A stretch of 64,000 bases of DNA, taken from positions 17,726 to 81,725 of the forward strand of contig JAFUAB010000018.1 in the NCBI GenBank assembly GCA_017460885.1, in the 5' to 3' direction. Under the pieces are notes generated by a model. The model had not been told where the DNA came from. It saw only the letters and a program-made list of their open reading frames with translations, and ran no database searches. Source of the stretch: Lachnospiraceae bacterium (GTDB taxonomy: Bacteria; Bacillota; Clostridia; Lachnospirales; Lachnospiraceae). Shown piece after piece: positions 59,001-64,000 of the stretch (within the stretch, counting starts at the first letter, position 1; every line of letters starts with the position of its first letter). The translations under genes were made by a program, and so were the position numbers.

Positions 59001-61328
59001 GCCGAGCCCGGGAGCGAGGAACAATCGATCCTGGATCAGACCGCAGAGGTTGAGACCAAGATATCGGAACTGGACAGCTCCGTCACTGAACGCAGACAGA
59101 TGATCGCACAGGAGCTGGCCGAGTGGAATGAACTGCAGGATGCTAAGATAAGCGCCCTGAACAGTGAAGCAGAGCAGCTGCAAAGCGACATAGAGCAGAA
59201 CCGTACTGACACAGCGGCCGAGGAGGCACAGATCACGGCCAAGGAGGGCGAGATCACTGCCAAGGAAGCCGAGATCACGGCTAAAGAGGCCGAGATCACG
59301 GCCAAGCGCTCAGAGGTCACGGCCAGGAATAATGCCATTACGGCAAAGCAGCAGGAGATCATAAACAAACAGCGGGAGATAGCCACCAAGAATACCGAAT
59401 ACAACAGATTGCAGAATGCCACTGAGGTTACAGTCGCCAACGGTAATGTGGCGATCGGCCCTACACTTGAGTTTCTTAAACAGCTTTCGGAGACAGGTTA
59501 TTCCGACGAAGGCAGGATCTTCTCGGAGATGAGTGCCTACAGAGGAACGGATTATGAGGAAGATACCGCGCTCACTTCAGCGATCAATGCAGGCATCGCC
59601 AGCAGCGCAGCATCACTTATCAGCTACCGTGACAAGGCGATCAACCGTGGTGAGGAGGTATATGAGAACGTTCGTTATGAATACAGCCGCAAGGTGATCG
59701 ATGCCGGAATAGATGATGCGGAGGCACTTCCGAGCCTGCAGATAATGATCGATCTCGACAACATCTACTATGATGAGGATGTGGTACACAAGGAACGTGA
59801 GCTTGATGTGATAGATACCATACTCATGCCTCTTTGCATAGGAAGACTTGTACAGGTTCAGCAGTCAAAGAACGAACTGTCCGATTATGATCTGAACCGG
59901 GATATAGAAGAATATCAGAGTTACATATACGCCAGGACGGAACGTGATACGGTCAGGAATTCCATCACCGATGTCAATCAGCGTATCAAATATGCACGCG
60001 CGGTCAAGAATTACGCCAAAGACTGGGCCGTAGCCAGACTGGATGAGCATATAGACTGGCTGTACCGGCTGCTCGCAACCCTTAATCTGGATGATGATGA
60101 TACGGATAAGGATTTCAGCGATCTGGATGCCGAGATCCTCAAGCTTAAAGAGGAGCAGCAAAAGAAGCTGGATGAGGATGATCCCAAGGAAGCCAAAAAG
60201 ATCCTGACTCTTCTTACCGCTAAAGAGGAGGAAAAGAACGAAAAATTAGACACAGACCTTGATCCCGACCTTCCGCTTCCGGATCTGCTTAATAATATCA
60301 AAAAGCTTGGAGGAAAGGATGCTGTAGAGCCCTATCTGAAGGAGAGACTGCTTAGCGATATTGATAATGATCCCGACTCCGTGAAGGATGATCTGCCGCC
60401 TCTTGAGGCTATCGGCAGCAATCTCGGTGATATCGTAGATGGTCTGGATAATACCGGTCTTCCGGATGATATTAAGAATGAGATCAAAAAGGCTGACGAG
60501 AACAGCCGCAAGAGTCCGCTCTTCGGATATGACGGTAAGCTCCCCGGTACCTCGGACAGTGACCGCGGCAGCGGTGATAATGCAGGCGACTCAACCAGCG
60601 GAAACACAGGCTCCGGAGGAGACGGCGGCAGCGGCAGCTCCAACTCCGCCGACGGCTCCGGATTGAAGGGCGGAGTCGGAATAGACAGGAAGGGACTGGA
60701 CGGAAGCCGGATCTCCGATGCTATATCAGACACAATGGGAAGCACGGATACCTCCGGAATGTCCGATGCCGACCTTGCGGCATTGCTTGCGGCACTTGCG
60801 GAATACGGCAGGCTGTACGGTGATGATGCGGTACTGGGCTACGCTTATGCCCTGCTCGAGGAAATACTCGGCAAGGGCGGAGCGAAGGGCTTTATATATA
60901 AACAGTATCTGGCAGACACCTCCGTGGAATATGTATCCTTCGGCTCGATAGATATGACACGTTCGCACAGTCATTACAGATATACCCACCGTGACCAGGC
61001 TGCGATACTGCAGCAGGTACTCGGCGGATCTGCAAGCTATTCCTTCCAGGTAGGAAGTGATACCATGCGTGACAACTACGGCAAGGATCATATGCTTTCC
61101 AAGGGGATCACGGAGCAGGCAGACAGTTATCTGCACGGAAATACAGATACGCTCTACCCTTATCTGACCGAGGAGGATTCGATGCAATACTTTAATATCG
61201 GCTGTGTATATATGCCCGGCAGGGACTGGGCGATCCTGGTCACACCTGATATTCAGAGTAAGATGCAGGAGCTCATGGACAAGCTCACAACGGCGGCTAA
61301 GGCGCTCGAACAGGCGGGCCTGTCATAA
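56037..61328 (+). CDS. Giant exported protein (~1760 aa), paralog of 51942 with a long coiled-coil insertion
   Basis: Signal peptide ending AFA; TTLFIGTYL, YYRSELADGEWRDI, VVGADGIPRDP; heptad repeats; start 56037 after gagga RBS. Confidence 0.7.
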   Translation: MFKKSHMTRIAAAAMSAVMTVTGIPLNAFAAAEPQTVDSSVQDTAGTGSDTGVAAGSGTSSDSAVLTSEQKEEAYSKSLTRSKYGKLYYDYVAEGNTIPATTLFIGTYLMDARAINASGTEQIETARQQAAATAAGQETINKSISNVIYQKALQSQLTYDQKVRYYRSELADGEWRDIGSASKIGDIMRSARVVPKSELDPLIITCVVGADGIPRDPDGNPINIFDSPNPYEMEEITELKDLQDYFNNGTVTRDSTGSDNYRYWRLYYFFNHDNMYYDRYALSQYWINGEYSELTSGSDGRALEEAWDDAEVRNNIPEGDDHRNFKTMVRNWPNVRDSVTDNADRGLDTTYKLFLKLQQNEDTKEEAKKALEISEALDAERRWEVFYNLTQNRNIMLGSQVKQLDHDMEDSSARLAAIQAEIDRINEVVIPDLQSKHEELAKELAVNEESLSIENSMEFDGTREVTTVRYMINGTEVDPDSVTGLSRQYIRLDGYRQARYKAEYDLEELEAANQTSAAAVAAYGHLADIYATMVNTIPTLNKQIAYGEQQISRLTGERAELDALLQISKDAERFTLEKSLSERIANAEASLTAFQDAVKEANTQLGEAKDALTASGLALQSDRATLEAAATDAEEAAVRDMLFESMDNMDGLSTNSFDDASVQAWKDWGSNLDAVQASAQSLYEKKTGAINAKKALIEQLDNAISEVNESIASRRASLEADLKANEDTVAADQRRISTLENQMRYINEAYEAMSREKDALDAGKSAAAKAEQAAAELAVLKLEEAVLEGDQETLQSELSVLESEEQGLVADKDELDTEREDLKNELAELNSAKAALDEGRAAMETRLQAIPQEIDSLNNEKAGRATSIYDEDVILKNLNAEKQQNEALLTRLKNELIRNARNEDFEVWKEELEKMQPSEMKAHVNKLKGRALESYSSLIDLIEKIESEKSGLQGNTWEDADNRKRLNSQLSICGNRASRAAELGSGVLAEPGSEEQSILDQTAEVETKISELDSSVTERRQMIAQELAEWNELQDAKISALNSEAEQLQSDIEQNRTDTAAEEAQITAKEGEITAKEAEITAKEAEITAKRSEVTARNNAITAKQQEIINKQREIATKNTEYNRLQNATEVTVANGNVAIGPTLEFLKQLSETGYSDEGRIFSEMSAYRGTDYEEDTALTSAINAGIASSAASLISYRDKAINRGEEVYENVRYEYSRKVIDAGIDDAEALPSLQIMIDLDNIYYDEDVVHKERELDVIDTILMPLCIGRLVQVQQSKNELSDYDLNRDIEEYQSYIYARTERDTVRNSITDVNQRIKYARAVKNYAKDWAVARLDEHIDWLYRLLATLNLDDDDTDKDFSDLDAEILKLKEEQQKKLDEDDPKEAKKILTLLTAKEEEKNEKLDTDLDPDLPLPDLLNNIKKLGGKDAVEPYLKERLLSDIDNDPDSVKDDLPPLEAIGSNLGDIVDGLDNTGLPDDIKNEIKKADENSRKSPLFGYDGKLPGTSDSDRGSGDNAGDSTSGNTGSGGDGGSGSSNSADGSGLKGGVGIDRKGLDGSRISDAISDTMGSTDTSGMSDADLAALLAALAEYGRLYGDDAVLGYAYALLEEILGKGGAKGFIYKQYLADTSVEYVSFGSIDMTRSHSHYRYTHRDQAAILQQVLGGSASYSFQVGSDTMRDNYGKDHMLSKGITEQADSYLHGNTDTLYPYLTEEDSMQYFNIGCVYMPGRDWAILVTPDIQSKMQELMDKLTTAAKALEQAGLS
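59222..59390 (+). repeat. 21-bp coding tandem repeats (EITAKEA heptads)
   Basis: EAQITAK EGEITAK EAEITAK EAEITAK RSEVTAR NNAITAK QQEIINK QREIATK. Confidence 0.8.
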
Positions 61329-61332
61329 CGGG

Positions 61333-61372
61333 GGTGGCGTAACGCCACGCCAAAAAGGTGGCGTAACGCCAC
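61333..61372. repeat. Two identical palindromes GGTGGCGTAACGCCAC, 24 bp apart
   Basis: Copies at 61333-61348 and 61357-61372. Confidence 0.85.
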
Positions 61373-61401
61373 ACATAATGGAATTTTGAAGATTAAATCA
61401 T

Positions 61402-61455
61402 TATAATTATAGAAAACGAATTAAGTAATCGTACATTTCTGAATTCGTTTTCTAT
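61402..61455 (+). promoter_or_regulatory. TATAAT followed by a 14-bp perfect inverted repeat upstream of the CIS structural genes
   Basis: TATAAT 61402-61407; ATAGAAAACGAATT-19 nt-AATTCGTTTTCTAT (61409-61455) in an AT-rich gap. Confidence 0.55.
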
Positions 61456-61503
61456 TAGATATCGGATCCCGGTATCCGGTAAAACACCTGAAAGGGAACA
61501 TTC

Positions 61504-62112
61504 ATGGCTGATTATACGATCATCTCTGATGTAAGCAACTACATACTTAAGGTTCTGCGGGAGAAGATGTGTCCGGAGCCCATACCGTCTCCGAACAACA
61601 TCGAGGTCAGTTCACCTTCCTCGCAGGATGTCGACTATATCATAGGTCTCTATCTCTATGATATTCGTGAGGAGAGTGACGTGGCGAGGCCCCTGACCAT
61701 GCCGCGTGGCCGACTCCAGATGGCTAAGCCGCCTACTCCGTATAGTCTTTACTATATGGTGTTCATAAACGCCGGTGGTCAGGCGGGATTAAAAGACCAG
61801 GACTTTCAGAAGATCATAGGGAAGTGCGCACAGATAGTTTCAGACCATAATTCGGTGCTTCCCAATGAACTGCAGAACTGGCTGGAAACACAGGAACCTC
61901 CGATAGTGCTGTCTCAGGCAAAGATAAGCCTTGAGGAGAAGGTGCGGGTGTGGAGTGCGATCAACAAGCCTTACCAGATATCACTCTTTTATAAGGCGGC
62001 ACCTGTATTTGTATCCAGCGAGATCGTGATCGATACACCTAGAGTTGTCGATGCGCAGTTTGGTCTTCACGTGACCGGTGAAGAAAGACCGGAAAGGAGG
62101 GATGAGCAGTAA
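61504..62112 (+). CDS. DUF4255 / Pvc16-Afp16-like tail terminator (cap) protein of a contractile injection system
   Basis: I.DVS..IL..L, IGLYLYDIRE, PP....LYYMV, LEEKVRVWSAINKPYQISLFY.A.PVFV. Confidence 0.82.
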   Translation: MADYTIISDVSNYILKVLREKMCPEPIPSPNNIEVSSPSSQDVDYIIGLYLYDIREESDVARPLTMPRGRLQMAKPPTPYSLYYMVFINAGGQAGLKDQDFQKIIGKCAQIVSDHNSVLPNELQNWLETQEPPIVLSQAKISLEEKVRVWSAINKPYQISLFYKAAPVFVSSEIVIDTPRVVDAQFGLHVTGEERPERRDEQ

Positions 62113-62857
62113 CGTGGAAGAAGGTTTGATCCGAAACAGACTCGATCTGCTGATGAGCCTGCAGGATACTACAACAGGAATTGTTGTGGATGATCTAAGT
62201 GTCAACTTTACACTGGACGGGAAACCGGTCCACCCCTTGAACAGGGGCAACGGCAATTTCATTTTGATAAATGCCGGCAGAGAAAACGGTCTCATGCGTA
62301 TAGATGTATATGGATACGACCCGTATGAAGTAGAGATTGACTACGAACAACTGGATCCCCGGATGCCTGCTGTCGAAGTGTTCCTGATACCGTCAGAGAA
62401 CGTGAGAAGGGGAGAGGGAGTTCTTACTTTCTCAGGAAACCTCCCGGGTCTGGAGTCGCTGGAAGCGATCAATCTGGACAAGCCTGTATGCAGCTTCAGG
62501 GAATATGATCCCAAGCACAGGGTTATGACATTATTTATGCCTAACCGGAGAATGGAACTTGTGCATACTCATTATGGCTTGGCCAATGTGAGAGACGGAA
62601 CCTACGAGACCATTGAGGTCGATAAGGAACTTCCGAACGGAAGGATCCGGACGAAGGAACTCCTCTCACAGGAGTTTCCGCAGAACGCGCCGCTCTGTCG
62701 GATTTTACACGGCAGGGTCAGCAGGAACGGAGATTATCTGTTCCGGGTACGCAACAGCGGTAAAGATGCAGTGTATCTGATGAAGTACAAGGTCGGAAGC
62801 ACTGTGAAGTTCAAAACGGTTGACTTTCATCAGCTTGATGAAACGAAACTGGATTAA
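62102..62857 (+). CDS. Hypothetical beta-rich protein in CIS operon
   Basis: RBS aaggagg, overlaps the upstream stop; transthyretin/carboxypeptidase-regulatory-like N-terminal half. Confidence 0.6.
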   Translation: MSSNVEEGLIRNRLDLLMSLQDTTTGIVVDDLSVNFTLDGKPVHPLNRGNGNFILINAGRENGLMRIDVYGYDPYEVEIDYEQLDPRMPAVEVFLIPSENVRRGEGVLTFSGNLPGLESLEAINLDKPVCSFREYDPKHRVMTLFMPNRRMELVHTHYGLANVRDGTYETIEVDKELPNGRIRTKELLSQEFPQNAPLCRILHGRVSRNGDYLFRVRNSGKDAVYLMKYKVGSTVKFKTVDFHQLDETKLD

Positions 62858-62871
62858 AAGGGAGACAACGG

Positions 62872-63261
62872 ATGTCTTTGGTAGTTGTAACCGGTGCAAA
62901 ACTCATGTGCACCTTCGGAACTACACCGGCTACTTTCAATGCGACGGGAACACCTTCCATAATGGCGGGAGGTAAACCGGTCGGAACAATAACGGACGGA
63001 GCGGGTATGGTAAACATTACCTCCTGCGGCATGTGCTCCAGCCTGGCCAATCCGGCCGTGGCAGCAGCAACGGCAGCAGCTCTGGGAGTTCTTACCCCTC
63101 AGCCATGTGTTCCGGTAACCACGGGAACCTGGCTTCCCAATGGGACGATGGTTCTGGCAGGCAATAAGCCCTGTCTTACGCAGGAGAGCAAGTGTATCTG
63201 TTCATACGGTGGAACTATTTCCGTTGTAACACCCGGTCAGACCACAGTTCTGACAACCTGA
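62872..63261 (+). CDS. DUF4280 PAAR-like spike tip protein
   Basis: VVTGAKLMCTFGTTP, NITSCGMCSSLANPAVAAATAAALGVLTPQPCVP...W, C.CSYGGTI.V..PGQ. Confidence 0.9.
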   Translation: MSLVVVTGAKLMCTFGTTPATFNATGTPSIMAGGKPVGTITDGAGMVNITSCGMCSSLANPAVAAATAAALGVLTPQPCVPVTTGTWLPNGTMVLAGNKPCLTQESKCICSYGGTISVVTPGQTTVLTT

Positions 63262-63287
63262 AAATCAATCGAAAGGAGAAAAATTCT

Positions 63288-64000
63288 ATGCCAGAATATT
63301 TTAGTCCCGGAGTATATGTCGAGGAATATGACAATTCACCGAGAAGTATAGAAGGCGTTGGCACCAGCACAGGCGGTTTTGTAGGCTTTGCTGAAAAAGG
63401 ACCCACCAAGGGTGCGCCTTCTCTCGTAACCAATTTCAAGAGCTTTACCAAGCAGTTCGGCGGTTTTCTTTCCGAATACACTCACGGAGAGTATCGCTAT
63501 CTTGCAAATTCCGTTGAGCAGTTCTTTGCTAACGGCGGAACACGCTGCTATGTAGCGCGTGTCGTACCGGATGATGCAACCATAGCTTCCCGCAAGATGG
63601 GAATCTTAAACGTCAGCGCAGCTAACGAAGGAAAGTGGGGTAATCGTATCCAGATCTCCCTTCATTCCGTATTCAAGAGAAAGATGCAGCTCGTTGCCAA
63701 GACCGGCGACCTGACCTACACAGCCAAGAGCGTTGACGGCTTCCGCGAGGGAGATACCGTTGAGTTCAACGGCGAGTACAACCGTATAGCAATGATCTAC
63801 GATGAGCAGGTTACCTTTGAGACCAAGTTCAAGGGCAATCCCGTAGACGAAGCTATCATTCCCAAGAATTATGTACGTCTGGTAACCTTTGATGCCCAGA
63901 TCCGTTTCAACGACGACATCGAGAATTATTTCGATCTGACACTCAACAACCAGTCACCTGCTTACATCGGCGCACGTCTCGCTCAGAGCCAGCTGGTTAA
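63288..64000 (+). CDS. Contractile tail sheath protein (eCIS/Pvc-type), 3'-truncated by window
   Basis: Not in the ORF track. RBS aaggag; translates MPEYFSPGVYVEEYDNSPRSIEGVGTSTGGFVGFAEKGP...F..QFGG...YLANSVEQFFANGGTRCYVARV; open to the window end. Confidence 0.93.
   Translation, partial: MPEYFSPGVYVEEYDNSPRSIEGVGTSTGGFVGFAEKGPTKGAPSLVTNFKSFTKQFGGFLSEYTHGEYRYLANSVEQFFANGGTRCYVARVVPDDATIASRKMGILNVSAANEGKWGNRIQISLHSVFKRKMQLVAKTGDLTYTAKSVDGFREGDTVEFNGEYNRIAMIYDEQVTFETKFKGNPVDEAIIPKNYVRLVTFDAQIRFNDDIENYFDLTLNNQSPAYIGARLAQSQLV

Noticed and set aside
61333-61372. Possible mini-CRISPR from palindromic repeats
   Set aside because: Repeats are 16 bp with an 8-bp gap; too short, and only two copies.
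61504-64000. Prophage tail module
   Set aside because: No integrase, capsid, portal or terminase in 64 kb; DUF4255 plus DUF4280 plus this sheath type fit eCIS better. Downstream sequence is unseen.
1-64000. tRNA, rRNA or transposase genes
   Set aside because: None recognised; intergenic gaps are short and explained by hairpins or repeats.

Overview
Chromosomal window (about 50% GC) from a Gram-positive anaerobe. Gene content suggests a Lachnospiraceae/Butyrivibrio-like gut or rumen Clostridium; this is inference only. The left and middle parts hold ordinary genes: the end of a GH10 xylanase, fdhD, an MMPL/RND transporter with a GLUG-motif surface protein, a GGDEF protein, an SDR, a chvE-gguAB sugar ABC operon, an XRE-REC/LytS-type two-component pair, and an orphan peptide-binding lipoprotein coupled to a Cache-HAMP-SpoIIE phosphatase. 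Dispersed among these are three giant proteins without signal peptides (1051, 2617 and 1108 aa). They share a short N-proximal helical motif and each has a ~270-290 aa GNAT-like gene nearby. One carries a PI3K/PI4K/HipA-like kinase motif; another has translocator-like hydrophobic helices and is followed by a YbjN/CesT-like chaperone gene. The right 22.5 kb (41.5-64 kb) is one + strand block. It begins with a CIS-type baseplate/fibre-like protein, a membrane pseudokinase-like protein, a degenerate membrane cyclase, a MORN membrane protein, a TolC-like exported protein and two paralogous exported giants (one with a ~745-aa coiled-coil insert). It ends in contractile-injection-system genes (DUF4255/Pvc16-like, DUF4280 PAAR-like, tail sheath) that run off the window. 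Best candidate for a novel system: an envelope-anchored, T6SS-like contractile injection system in a monoderm bacterium, with dispersed tagged effector/GNAT modules. Several hairpin MITE/REP elements are also present. All family assignments come from motif recognition by eye; no searches were run.
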